A stretch of DNA of 64,000 nt from Octopus vulgaris (lineage: Eukaryota). Positions within the stretch are counted from its first letter, which is position 1, and the number at the start of each line of letters is the position of its first letter. A model generated the notes under the pieces. It ran no database searches, was not told where the DNA came from, and worked only from the letters and a program-made list of their open reading frames with translations. A program made the position numbers and the translations under genes. The stretch is taken from NCBI GenBank assembly GCA_951406725.2, contig OX597824.1, positions 57,722,001 through 57,786,000 on the forward strand, given 5' to 3'. Below, one piece after another: positions 1 to 14,365 of the stretch.

Positions 1-222
<222 letters not shown>

Positions 223-683
223 GCTTATGGTGTGCTTTCTAAACATTCTCTCTTACTTGGTATACATGTGGAAATACGTAAATATCCGTAGAGTATAAAC
301 GATAGAAAATTCAATGCTAGAAGATTTTTTATTTGTGTGTGTGTGTGTGTATACATACATACATACATACATACACTTGCATACACAAACATACATACAC
401 ATACATACACAAACATAAAAACACACACATATACACGCACAAAGTTATTAATAATATTACACATAAACGTTCAAACACAGTATACGGACATACATATAAA
501 TATATGTGTGCGTGTCGCTGGGAATGAGTGTGCATGTATTTATATATGTTTGCACGTTCGGTCGCAGCTATTGTGTGTGCAGACTACATAATCTAATGTT
601 GTAATATTTTAAGAAAGAGAAATCGGAATGCGTAATATTCATACATACATACATACATACATACATGCATATATACTTATATA

Positions 684-729
<46 letters not shown>

Positions 730-924
730 TATATATATGCGCATGTATGTATATATATGTATGTGCATACATTGTGTATATATGTGTATTTATGTCTAAA
801 CAATTGTACAGACACGTATAATTCATATACTGTCCATTGTCATATACGCGTGTGTGTGTATTATATGTATATATACATTTACAGATATATGTATGTATAT
901 ATATATATATATGCATATATATGT

Positions 925-1036
<112 letters not shown>

Positions 1037-1274
1037 ACATAAATATAGAATGCATATTTATACACACACACACATGCAATGGTACGCGCGCGCACACAGA
1101 CACACATAGGAAGTTCGAATATTGGAAAAGCAAATGATTACGACCTCCCAGCCATATGTTTCGACAATTTTGTGGTGCTTATTTTAAATAGGAGCAGGCT
1201 CATTTTGTTATATATGTATATAGATTAACTGATAACAAAGTTTTGCTAAATATTCTTGTTCATCGTCCTTTTAC

Positions 1275-1337
<63 letters not shown>

Positions 1338-1750
1338 CACATATTCTGATAGACGCTCAGTGTAATACCATGAATTTGATGCAGATCTCAGAAAGTGCCT
1401 CTCCTTTGCCTGAACCCGCAAATATTACATCATTTTCCTCTTAAAATTTTCGCGTAAACTGGAGAGGCAAATGGAGATTGTACGGAAAAATTTGTAATTT
1501 ATAATTAAAGATGTGTTTAAGAATTTTCTTTGTTTTTTTTTCTTTTCATTGGTATATATATATATATATATATACTTACATGTACGTATGTATGTATGTA
1601 TGTATGTATGTATATATGTATGTATGTTTGGATGTATGTATGCATGTATGAATGTATCTATCTGTCTATCAATCGGACTAGCTCTCTATCTGTCCATCGA
1701 TCGATCTGTGCGTGTGTGTGTGCTTGTGTGCTTGTATGTGCGTGTGTGCT

Positions 1751-1797
<47 letters not shown>

Positions 1798-2153
1798 CGT
1801 TTACTACTTCAGTTGTTAGACTGCTGCCGTACTGGAGCATCACCTATCATTTTTTATCATTTTATCTTTTTAAGTTATTTTTGACCGCAACCCTGCTATA
1901 GCACTGCCTTACACGGTTTTAGTCGAATACATTGAAACCAGGACTTTTTATTTAGTCCATTGGTTCCTTCTGCCGAACCACTTTGTTACAGGGGTGTAAA
2001 CACACCAGTACCAGTTGTTGAGCGGTGGTGCGGAATATAAACCAAGCACTTGGTTCCGAGGTCAGTTCCACCAGATGGCACCTAGGTGAGTGTATTTGCA
2101 TCTCTGTTTGTCCAATAACTCACTTGACAACTGGTGTTGATGTGTTTACGTCG

Positions 2154-2191
<38 letters not shown>

Positions 2192-2233
2192 TATATACAT
2201 ATACATATATATATATACATATACATACATATC

Positions 2234-2265
<32 letters not shown>

Positions 2266-2299
2266 TTTATATATGTATATATGTATATATGCATATATT

Positions 2300-2530
2300 T
2301 GTGTGTATTGTTGTGTCTGTGTTTGTCCCCGCATCCATCGCTTGACAGGGGATGTTGATGTGTTTACGGCCCTGTAACCTAGCGGTTCGGCAAATCAGCC
2401 CGGTAGTATAAGTACAATGCTTACAAATGATAAGTATTAGGTTCGATTTGTTTGACTATAACACTTTAAGGCAGGGCTCCAGCATGGCCGCAGTGAAAGG
2501 AGTGAAACAAGTAAAAGAATAAAAGAATAT
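2300..2530 (+). mobile_element. tRNA-derived SINE family 1, 3' half (further minus-strand fragments at about 1800-2030)
   Basis: Shares tgtttgtcccc...cttgacaa...gcggttcggcaa...ctccagcatggccgcagt...gaaacaagtaaaaga with the full copy at 29718-30160. Confidence 0.85.
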
Positions 2531-3324
2531 TGTATATGTATATATTTATATGCGCATATATTACACGCACATACAAACGTATATAAACGATATACGAGTT
2601 TGTATATACCTACATCTATGTTTTTGCCTGTGCGTCTGTGCACACAAACATACACACTCACACACACATATATACATACACACATATAAATGTATATATG
2701 TGTGTGTGTATGTGTGTATGTGTGTATACACATGCACACTCACTATCATACACATACAAAGGCGTAAGCAAATATACATACGTACGTATATGTATTATAT
2801 GTGATGTATTGTAGATGCATGAAACAAACATGTGTAACAATGTCTGACTAATTTCTATATCTGTTTAATATATTATTCACTTTCATGTTGATATTAGCTC
2901 CCTTGTAATCTTTGGCGGCAGACGACACCAAAACACGCACACACACACACACACACACATACAAATATAAAAGTTCATATATGGGTGTACATCTGTATGT
3001 ATTGATGAGTGTATATTTATATTCATATACATATACACACAGACACACTTTTCGGGTTGTGTCATAGAACACCTTCTCGTTCAAAATCTTATCAAATATA
3101 ATATTTCGGTGAAATTATAGAAGGAATAAACGAGTAAAATAATAAAAATAAGGCAGAGGAGAGAGAGGTGGGAAGAAAAAGTGAAAACAAAAATATTTTA
3201 CCATTTCTTTGAACACGTGTAACCATGTTACAAGAAATATATAGGTATTTCAGGTTTTTGCGTCTGAGTATGGGTGCGTGTGTGAGTGTATATGCATACA
3301 TACATACATACATACATACATACA

Positions 3325-3355
<31 letters not shown>

Positions 3356-4632
3356 TCATATGCATGTGTATATGTATACATATATAACGTATAGAGATAT
3401 CCACGTATGTTAGTCTATCTTTGTGTATGTATTTATCTATCTACATACAATATATATATATATATATAATGAATATCCACACATATACATATATGTTCAT
3501 ATATAAGTATATTTATATACAAACACAGAAACGTACACACGCACACTCATATGCACACATACAAGCATATATATATATATATATAATTTATGCCTTTGTG
3601 TTTCCTTGTATGTGTGAGAATACGTTCGACCACGTAAAAGAGCTCACAAGTTCGTGTGAGAATATATCCATGTGTAAATATGTGTGTATTATGTGTGTGT
3701 GTGTATGTGTGTGTGCGTGTTTGTGTGCGTATATAGTTGATATACCGTATATCCATTTCATAATATATTTTATCACATATTTACCATGTGCACATATGCA
3801 AAATCGTTCAAAAGCTGCAACTGGGTTTCCCGTACAATCTTTTAACATATGCAATGTTTGAAAATGTAATTTTGAAAAAGAGAATTACATAAATAAGTCT
3901 ATGAATTAGCAGAAATAAGAAAAGAAACACGAGAAACAGCACCGAAGATAATGCTGATGAGAATGAACCCTTGGGCATGGCATTATATCAATATCTCACT
4001 CAAATGCAGACGTTAAAGTCTTCAACCTCTATTGCCTTATCTGATTAACGGTTTATATGTATTATCAGCTTTCCGTGTGCTCTATGTCATCTTGCATGGA
4101 TATGCAACAATCTCTGTTTTTGCAGTGTTCATCATATCTACGTGTGTAAATATGTGTATATATTCGAATATATGTGTGTTAAGTATGTACGTATGTATGT
4201 GTGTGTATATATATATATATATATATACATATATTCACATGCATTGTATATACGTATATCTATGTGAGAATTTATGTATGTATATATATGCACGTGCACG
4301 TGTGTGTACGTATATATACATATGACAAGAGATCACTATATATGCGTATGTTTGCATGTAGGCACACACACACACAAGCGCGTGCGCGCACACACACACA
4401 CACATATATATATACGTTTATATACTTATGGGTAAGAATATTTGCACATATAGAAAACCGCATAGCATATTGTTTATAAGATATTTAATAACACCATCTT
4501 ACATACGTTTCATTTATAGAAAGTGATAATAGGTTTTATAGAGCAAATTACACAATTAACTATTTACGACAAATCGTTTAATTATTAAACATGATATTGT
4601 TGGAGTGAAAAGGTGATAGCAGTCATTATATT

Positions 4633-4680
<48 letters not shown>

Positions 4681-4717
4681 AAGATGATGACTGCTATCAT
4701 ATATATATATATATATA

Positions 4718-4827
4718 TCACCGTAACTGACCAGGCTATCAGATCTTACTACACATCGCTGGTCACAATGCGCTTCGCATTGTTTTAGCCTTCAAATGAC
4801 GCCACCCCGCTGGCTAAGCGAGCAGGC
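4718..4827 (-). repeat. Short structured interspersed element embedded in (TA)n
   Basis: GC-richer 110-nt island between TA tracts; hairpins acaatgcg/cgcattgt and tgaccag/ctggtca. Strand is a guess. Confidence 0.5.
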
Positions 4828-4930
4828 AAATATATATATATATATATATCATATATCTATCTATATATATATATATATATCATATATCTATCTATATATA
4901 TATATATATATATATACATACATACATACA

Positions 4931-4963
<33 letters not shown>

Positions 4964-5122
4964 GTATATAAATATATATGGAATGTAAATAAGTAACAAG
5001 GATGTACAGGTGTGTGTGTATATATATATATATATATATGTATATCTGTATGTATATATGAGACGCCATGATAGATCGTTAGCCACTACACACATTTGTT
5101 TCTCTCCTTGTTTTTTGTGTCC

Positions 5123-5158
5123 CTTTCTGTAGAAGAGCGTAGGCTCGAAACGTAAAAG
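5123..5158 (+). ncRNA. Minimal type I hammerhead-like motif, family A (variant core CUGUAGA), in element about 5064-5215
   Basis: cttt-CTGTAGA-a-gagc(gtag)gctc-GAAA-cg-TA-aaag; second copy at 46519-46552. Confidence 0.55.
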
Positions 5159-5208
5159 ACTTTTTTTTATTCCTGTACAGCATCTGTCTTCGTCTTTTGT
5201 TTTTTTGT

Positions 5209-5284
<76 letters not shown>

Positions 5285-5647
5285 TATAAGAAATCTACTC
5301 ATGAGTAAAGATCATTTACTACCATGTTTCTATTGATGAGATTCACCTCTCTGTCTATATATCTACCCACCTTGTAATGCTGGAAAATGGAATAAGTATA
5401 AAAATGAATATTGTCAATTTAATTTTAAAAATTCCACATGTGGCTGGAGATTGCTCTACATTTTAAAAGTGATGTAATACTTACATTGTTTAATTAAATG
5501 AAGTAGCATGAAACGATTGAACTGTACTACCTTTGGATATCCTTGTTGCTTATTTTGATTATAATCACCCCATTTGATTTATATGGATAACACCATACCA
5601 AATTCTGGTGCCTTTAACTTAAGTACGATATTTATCTGAATCTAAAT

Positions 5648-5717
<70 letters not shown>

Positions 5718-5724
5718 TATATAA

Positions 5725-6215
5725 TCTGTTTTTGTCACTGGACTGCGGCCATTTGGAAGCAAGGTCTTGGACAATTTTCGACGAATCCACCGCAATACTT
5801 ATTTCTTTTAAAGCGTGGAACTTATTTGATTAGTCTCATTTGTTAAATTGCGAAATTACGGAGATGTAAACAAATGTAGACAGCACTGCTTGTGAAGTGA
5901 TTTCAGGGGACAAACATAAACTGATACACACACACACACACACACGGACGCACACACATACACTCGCACTCACGCACTCAGAGTTACATATACACACAAA
6001 TTCTGACACAGAGTGACTTATATACATATATAAACATCTCACTCTCTCTCTCTCTCTCACCCTTTATATATATACACACGGTCGGCTTCTTTCACAAATA
6101 CGGTCACAAGAGTTTGATCGGCCCGGAGCTATGCTTGCAAAAAGTGCCAGGAAGTGAGACTGAACATGAAAATGTGATTAGGAAGCAAACCTCTTCTTGC
6201 ACAGTCACGCCTGTA
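5725..6215 (-). mobile_element. SINE family 1, diverged copy with internal microsatellite
   Basis: Reverse complement matches the SINE 3' end (gactgcggcc) and 5' head (cacagtcacgcct). Confidence 0.7.
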
Positions 6216-6372
6216 ATACATATGTTTTTATGCATGTATATATATTTCCATACACATACAAACGTATGCATGTATATATATTTCCATACACATACAAACG
6301 TACATACAAGATGCTTTACCTTCCCTTCTCTCTCTCTCTCACTCTTCCTCATCTCTCTCTCAGCCGCTTGTC

Positions 6373-6409
<37 letters not shown>

Positions 6410-7313
6410 TCCTCATCTTTGTCACTGCTAGCCAAAACTACTTCCTTTTACACGCGGCCTTCAAACTGTAAAGACACACTTTTGTGTTCCCATGCGCTGC
6501 TAGAATCTCCTCCGTCTCAGCCAGAAAAAAGGCCTTTTCGTTTGTTTTCTTGTTTGTTTTCTTGTTTATTTTTATTTCTTGTATTGTATTTTCTTTTTAT
6601 TTCTCGTATTGTATTTTCTTGTACATGTATTTTTATCTTGTATTTTATTTTGTAGTTTTGTTTGTATCGTTTTTACGTCCTGTTTGTGTTACATTTTTTT
6701 CTTGTTTGTTTTTACCCCTCTGCGAGGTAATTTTATTTTAATTCTCTCGCAGGAAGGACTAGTTTGGAGAGTCGTGTTCTGTCTTGCCTTCGAAACACGC
6801 TGGAGTCGAACTAGTCACAGCTGATGAAGGGGATTTTTCCTTGTCTAGTATGTCCTGTACTCTGTTTTTCTGTTGTAAAAAAAATGTTTTTTTCCGTTTT
6901 CGTTTCTCGTTGAGTTATACGTCTAGTTGTGGTGTCCTGTACTCACGTATATATATTTATATATGCATGTATATATACATGTAGATGTAGGTACGTACAT
7001 ATATGTTTGTATGTATGCATATATTTTATTTATTACACTATATATATATGTGTGTGTGTGTGTATATATATATATGGATATATATATACATATATATATA
7101 TATACATACATACATATATATATGTATGTATATATATATGTATGTATGTATATATGTATATTCTTAAAGTAGAAATAATTGATACGGAAGATAGAGTATA
7201 CGGGGAACTTTATTTATCGCAGCGATCGTTCCGGCACCTTCTGCACCGCTCCCTCCTCGTGGGTGGGAGAACAAAATAATGAATTCCAATGCACCCCGCT
7301 GTGCAGAAGTACA

Positions 7314-7355
<42 letters not shown>

Positions 7356-7744
7356 CACACACATATATATGTATAATTATATCCATACACTATTGTGTCA
7401 GGGGAGAGTCATTCGCTTTTGGTGCCTTATAATTTAACACACTCAACTTCGTTCTTTGACAACCTAACAGCACCTGCGCTGTATCGCGTTAAGGAAACAG
7501 CCCATGTGTTCATTGCCCTGATTTTGTTTTTTCCATTGAGCCTACTTCTCATAATAAATTTGGTTCTTCTGAGAACCAAATTTATTATGGGAAAATTTTC
7601 CTCCATTTCACTTTCCTTCATTTTTTTGTATTCCAAAATCCCCAGATATTTATAGCCATTAGTTTCAATATTCTTGACTTTCTCGCTCTACATCATCAGA
7701 CGATACTACTTTGTCTTCTTCTTCTTCATCTTCTTCTTCTTCTT

Positions 7745-7821
<77 letters not shown>

Positions 7822-7822
<1 letters not shown>

Positions 7823-8040
7823 GAGTAAGAGAGCAGCGCAGGCCATCAAAATGACATTGGGGTACAAATGTACGAACCCCTCTATACCCATCATGACTAC
7901 CCATCTGAGAAGACTACGCCAGGCACATGAATCACAACCCTAACTGCGCGACATGTGAATTGATATCAAGATAAACAACGCATTACTTTGCAAGTGGGTT
8001 CCAATTAGAATTTTCTTCAGGTTGAGTAGCCTATCCCGCT
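7822..8040 (-). mobile_element. (AAT)n-associated non-coding retroelement family, 3' fragment
   Basis: Homologous to 10333-10540; abuts (TTA)n and truncates the left end of the neighbouring Tc1. Confidence 0.75.
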
Positions 8041-9210
8041 TTTATTCCGTGTTTTAGTATATTTAACCGTGAACACTAATGTTTTGAATTTGTTTACCTG
8101 ACGGTTCGTTTACTAAAGATTAGTAAGAATATCTGCAGTGTACTTTGTTAATATAATGCCACTTACTCCGTTACCAATTCGTCAGCAATTATTAAGCTTC
8201 GAAAGAAGGATAATTTAAGTATTGGGTCTATTGTAAAGATTGTTAACAAGTCAAAAAGTGTTATTCTCGGTATTCTTAAGGTCCACGATGATTGTGGTTC
8301 GTGTGAAGCAAGAAAGTCTACAGGTAGGCCAAGAAAAACGACCAAGAGAGAAGATCGTGCTATGGTAAAGTTGGCTAAAAAGGACAGATTTAAAACTGCT
8401 GCTGTTTCTCGAGAAATGAGCACTGTACTGAAGAAAACTTTATCTCGAAAAACTGTGTCTCGTCGTTTAGTTGAACATGACCTACAAGCAAGAGCACCTG
8501 CAGTGAAGCCACTGATCAGCTCCAAGAATAAAAAGTGTCGTCTTACCTTTGCAACCGAACATGTGTTGTGGTCTCAAGAAAAATGGCAAACGGTGCATTT
8601 CCGTGATGAATCTAAGTTTATGTTATTTGGCTCAGATGGGAAAAGGTACGTTCGTTGAAAAGTAGGTGAAAAATTGTCGCCTAAATGCCTTAAGACTAGT
8701 GTTAAATTCGGTGGAGGAAGTGTCATGGTTTGGGGGATTATATCTGGAGATGGTGTGGGCCCTTTGGTGCGATTACATGAAAAGTTAAATGCAGGAGTTT
8801 ATAAACAACTTGTAAAAGATCATGTCTTGCCTGTGCTAAGAAATTCAACTAAGCGACCACCCATATTCATACAGGACAATGCCCCATGTCACAAGGCTAA
8901 GGTGGTGGTGAACTTCCTCAAGGCTGAAAAGATTATTGTTATGGATTGGCCTGCTGAAAGCCCAGATCTCAGTCCTATTGAAAATGTGTGGAATATTCTA
9001 GGAGAACGTTTGAAATCCAGAAATCCTAAAACAACCGAGCAATTATGGAATAAGATCACCCAGCAAGAAATTGAAGATTTAATTTCCTCATGCAGTCGAT
9101 GTTAAAGTGTGATTGAAGCTAAAGGGCTTCACACTAAATATTAAATAATTCCAGCATTCTCTGTCATTTTGTTATTTTTTCAACCGTTCTGATCATTTTG
9201 GCCGCAACTG
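8041..9210 (+). mobile_element. Tc1-like DNA transposon (DD34E), inactive; left TIR missing
   Basis: Fragments 8362-8658 (FRDESKF) and 8674-9105 (GGGSVMVWG, QDNAPCH, SPDLSPIENVW); 34 residues between D and E; internal stop; right end ...ttttggccgcaactg followed by TA. Confidence 0.93.
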
Positions 9211-9433
9211 TATATGTATGTATGTATTTATGTATGTATGTATGTATGTATGTATGTATGTATGTATGTATGTATGTATGTATGTATGTATGTATGTATG
9301 TATGTATGTGTGTATATATATATGTATATATATATGTGTGTGTATATATATATATACATATGTATATATGTGTGTGTGTGTGTGTATACCACTTGTTTCG
9401 GTCATTGACGCGCACCTATACACACACATACAT

Positions 9434-9503
<70 letters not shown>

Positions 9504-9819
9504 CTGCAAATTAGCTGGTTAGGAAAATCTGTACAAGAAATTAAAGCAGTTTTATACTGAGGAGTAGTGTTTAACGCCAACTAAGCACGCGTGTTCCCTA
9601 GAAACCGACGACACTGCCATTTTAACCCCAGGAGAATGCCTCATGCAGTTGGTAATTACATATATATATATGATGGGCTTCTTTCAGTTTCTGTCTACCA
9701 AATCTACTCACAATGCTTTGATCGGCCAGAGACTATACTAGAAGAAACTTACCCAAGGTGTCAAGCAGTGGTATTAAACTCGGAACCACATATATACATA
9801 CATAATATATATGTATGTA

Positions 9820-9881
<62 letters not shown>

Positions 9882-9983
9882 TTAAAATTATAAATGAGGG
9901 TGAAAAATCGATATTAATTTAATAATACCGTCAATTTAACACCAAGTGGCTTAGCACAAAAAACTACGGAGAAAATACAAATT

Positions 9984-10137
9984 TATACATAAATTATTAG
10001 AGAGTTATCCACTATGTGGATAACTCTAGTGCTAAAATAGCTCGAAGCAACCACAGAAACGGTTTTTCTGTGGTTGCTTCGAGCTATTTTAGCACTAGAG
10101 TTATCCAATAGTGGATATCTCTAATAATTTATGTATA
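9984..10137. repeat. Near-perfect fold-back palindrome
   Basis: Perfect 43-bp arms 10017-10059 and 10065-10107, 5-nt loop, extending imperfectly to about 75 bp. Confidence 0.95.
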
Positions 10138-10185
10138 TATATATATATATATATTATTATTATTATTATAATATATTATATTATA

Positions 10186-10332
<147 letters not shown>

Positions 10333-10765
10333 GAGTGAGAGAGCAGTGCATGCCATCAAAGTGACACTGGGGTAAAATATACATAGCCCAGTATACCCAT
10401 CATGACTACCCGGCTGATAAGGGTATACCAGGCACATGCATCACAACCAAATGTGCGCGACATGGTGATCTCATATCAAGATAAACACCGCATTACCTTG
10501 CAGTTAGAATTTTCTTCTGGCCGAGTAGCCCATCCCGCTCAAAAGGTCCCTGAATAAGGATTGTTTAAGGATGTTGAACGAAACACCCATGTTTCCAGTG
10601 GTGAATTATCCAAACCCTAAAGAATCCCTCTCAACACATGGCTATGATCCTCCCCCACTACTTCTGCTCATGATCAGAGATTCAGATATCGTCAGCCACT
10701 AAGAGACATGCTCAACTAGTTAAGGTCAAACAACTGACAAGCAAATCTGTGGTATTGAGCAGAAT
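10333..10765 (-). mobile_element. (AAT)n-associated non-coding retroelement family (LINE 3' UTR-like or non-autonomous)
   Basis: Flanked on both sides by (TTA)n; homologues at 7822-8040, 14365-15092 and 19345-19495. Confidence 0.8.
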
Positions 10766-10786
10766 ATTATTATATTATTATTATTA

Positions 10787-10879
<93 letters not shown>

Positions 10880-10880
<1 letters not shown>

Positions 10881-12331
10881 ATAGTTTTATTTTTATAACG
10901 TACTTTCACTTCACTACCGAGCGCAGCTCTGTGTGCCTTGGGAATGTGTTGTGATTTGTTGTGATACTCTGATGGTTACTGTATTGAAAGTGCTCTGCGT
11001 AGGATGTGTGCAGTGCCTAGTAGTGCAATTTTCTGTATGTTATATGTGTTTGTAAGTCCTGGTGTTTTTGTTATGTATTTGTCTGAATATTTTTTTATCA
11101 TGCCTAATGCACCTACTATGATAGGAATTGTTTCTGCTTTTAGATTCCACATTCTAGTTACCTCTATTTCCAGGTCTTTGTATTTTGAAAGTTTCTCCAT
11201 TTCTTTTAGAGACACGTTGTCATCTGCTGGTATTGATACATCAATTAGAAAGCATTTTTTTCTTCATGATCTCTGACAACTATATCTGGTCTGTTGGCCT
11301 TAATTTCTCTATCTGTATGTATCGGCATATCCCAGACTATGGTTGCTTTCTCGTTTTCTGTGACCTTTTCTGGTGTGTGCCTATACCATCTTTTTTCTGT
11401 TGTTATTCCATAATGTTGGCATAGCTTGCAGTGTATGTAGGTCCCAACTCTGTCGTGTCTGTGAATATATTCCTTCTTAGCCAGGACTGGGCAGCCAGAG
11501 ATAATATGATTTATTGTTTCTTGTCCATCTCTACATATTCTGCAGTTACTTGTTATATTTCTTTTCATTACATGTTTTTGGTAATTTATGGTGGGGAGGC
11601 TTTGGTCTTGTGCTGCAATTAAAAATCTCTCTGTCTCTGCTTTGAGTCCTGAGCTTCTCAACCATTGCTGGGATTTTTCTTTGTCCATTTCTTTTGCATT
11701 TAGTTTAGTCCAGTACTTGCCATGAAGTGATTTTTGTTGCCATCGTTTTATCATGGTCCGTTGCTGTTCTAGTTTTAGTTTTGATTTCATTTGCTTTATA
11801 GCTTTTGTTATGTCTTCTTCTTCTTCTTCTTCTTCTTCTTCTTCTTCTTCTTCTTCTTCTTCTTCTTCTTCTTCTTCTTCTTCTTCTTCTTCTTCTTCTT
11901 CTTCTTCTTCTTCTTCTTCTTCTTCTTCTTCTTCTTCTTCTTCTTCTTCTTCTTCTTCTTCTTCTTCATATTTGTTAGGTGGTATGATTTCTTGTTTGTA
12001 TTTGTCAGCTTCCTTAAATACTGAGAACAATTTTTTCTTTTGCTCGTGTTTTGCCGCCATTTGTATCAGTTTTCCTTGCTTCTGAAGTAGGTATTTTTGC
12101 AGTTCTATGGTGGTTATTTTATAGTAGTTTTCCAGCTTTATAAGGCCTCTACTACCATCTATACGTTGTATATATAGCCTTTCTATGTAAGATTTTGGGT
12201 GATGCATCCTAGATCCTGTCATTATTTTTCTTGCTTTCCTATCCATTTTGCTTAGTTCATTTAGCGTCCAGTTAAGGATATTGTAGCTGTAACTTATAAC
12301 TGGGACGGCTAAAGTGTTAATACCTATTATC

Positions 12332-12332
<1 letters not shown>
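10880..12332 (-). mobile_element. R4/Dong-like non-LTR retrotransposon (restriction-like endonuclease type), 5'-truncated
   Basis: ORF 12246-11245 has HHPK, AAQDQSL, CCHC knuckle CRICRDGQETINHIISGC, RHD and NRPDIVV; after a frameshift it continues to LIDVSIPADD...KLSKYKDLEIE (stop 10976). Both ends lie in (TAA)n. Confidence 0.92.
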
Positions 12333-12404
<72 letters not shown>

Positions 12405-12459
12405 CATTATTATCATCATCATCAAATGGGCATATGGCGTAGTGATTAAAAGCGCGACC

Positions 12460-12740
12460 TATTTCCCTTGGAAGCTTAAAAACAATTTACGAAGGAGGGA
12501 ATAGGTTATTTCCATTGGAAGTTTAAAAATAAATACCCCGCCGTTCAACCACGCCCAAATGTTATTCCTCCGGTCGTTTACCCGGACATTTTTCGAAATC
12601 AATTTACACTTAAAACCTCCCCAAAAGCATTAGCAATGTGCGTGTGAAGTTTAAGAAAAATTGGTCGAGCCGTTTTGGCGCAAAATGAGGACATACCGAT
12701 ACACACACATACAGATATTTTCCGTTTTAATATGCAAGAT
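12460..12740 (-). mobile_element. Non-autonomous Helitron-like element, 5' portion
   Basis: Minus strand starts a|TC...tattaaaacgg...ctgtatgtgtgt...aacggctcgaccaattttt...aaactt, resembling the 5' part of 14445-14826; no CTAG end seen. Confidence 0.5.
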
Positions 12741-12751
12741 ATATAAGTATA

Positions 12752-12973
12752 GGCGCAAGCGTGGCTGTGTATTGAGAAGCTTACTTCCCGACCACATGGT
12801 TCTGGGTTCAGTCCCACTGCGTGGAACCTTTGGCAAGTGTCTTCTACTATAGCCTCAGGCCAGTCAAAGCCTTATGAGGAGATTTGGAAGACGGAAACTA
12901 AATAGAAGACTATCGCATATATATATGTGTGTGTCTGTGTATGTGTGTGTGTGTGAGAGAGAGAGAGTGTGTG

Positions 12974-13004
<31 letters not shown>

Positions 13005-13047
13005 TTGTGTGTGTGTATCCCTGTGTTTGTGTGTGTGTGTATTCCTC

Positions 13048-13090
<43 letters not shown>

Positions 13091-13258
13091 TAACTGGTGT
13101 TGGTGTGTTTACTTCCGCGTAACCTAGAGATTCGGCAAGAGAGACTGATTGGATATGCACCAGGCTTAACTAAAAATAAGTACTGGGGTCGTTTCATTCG
13201 ACTAAAAAAATTCAAGATGGCTGCAGTCTAATGACTGAAAAAAGTAAAATAAAAAAGA
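12752..13258 (+). mobile_element. SINE family 1, near-complete with expanded internal (TG)n
   Basis: ggcgcaagcgtggctgtgt...gggttcagtcccactgcgtgg head; ...atgactgaaa tail. Confidence 0.88.
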
Positions 13259-13989
13259 TACATCTGTGTTTGTATATATTTGATCTGTGAAGTTTATAGA
13301 CTTAGTAAAGTTCTGAGTCGAGACAATGTAAAACACCCCATTCATGTTTCATTGTCTCTAATTCGGATTATAGTAATGGTATTCAAACCTCTCCAAATCA
13401 TTTAAAACACTTGTACACGTTTTGTTAAACGACCATTAACACAACTTCACTGGCTACCAATTGCTCTCCAAATGAAACTGAAAAATCTGTTCTATTGAGC
13501 CTGAGTATAGTTTTGGCTCTGCACCAAATCTTTTCTAGGCCACATTTGAGCACCATTCATCCTTGCATCACAATTCTTTATCAGTCATTGTTCACATCAT
13601 TAGCTACATACCTAATGGAACTTAGGTATATATCACTTTAAGAGCCTTACGTGATTATATGGTTTATCGTCATAAATTTAAAACATCTCTTTTTTTTCTC
13701 ACCGATTAGCTTAATCCCTCTTAATCGTGTACACATATCACTTTTTTATGTTTTCTGTTATACATTTTTCTATTAAACTTTGAATATTCCTATACGTATA
13801 CATCGATGGTACGGTGTAGAAAATTAGGAGATACTTGAAATCATAATGTCAATAACAAAATGCTTCAAATTTAGCTATAAGACACAGAATTTTGTGGGGT
13901 GGAGGTAGGTTAAATTGACCCCGAAATAATGTAAGGCAGAAGGTAAAGCCTCGGAAGATTGCAAAGTATTTTGTCTGCCAACGGAATAC

Positions 13990-14364
<375 letters not shown>

Positions 14365-14365
<1 letters not shown>

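Noticed and set aside
6230-6301. 36-bp tandem duplication (also a diverged duplication at about 26246-26440 and a higher-order TA minisatellite at about 15280-15445)
   Set aside because: Ordinary slippage products with no sign of function.
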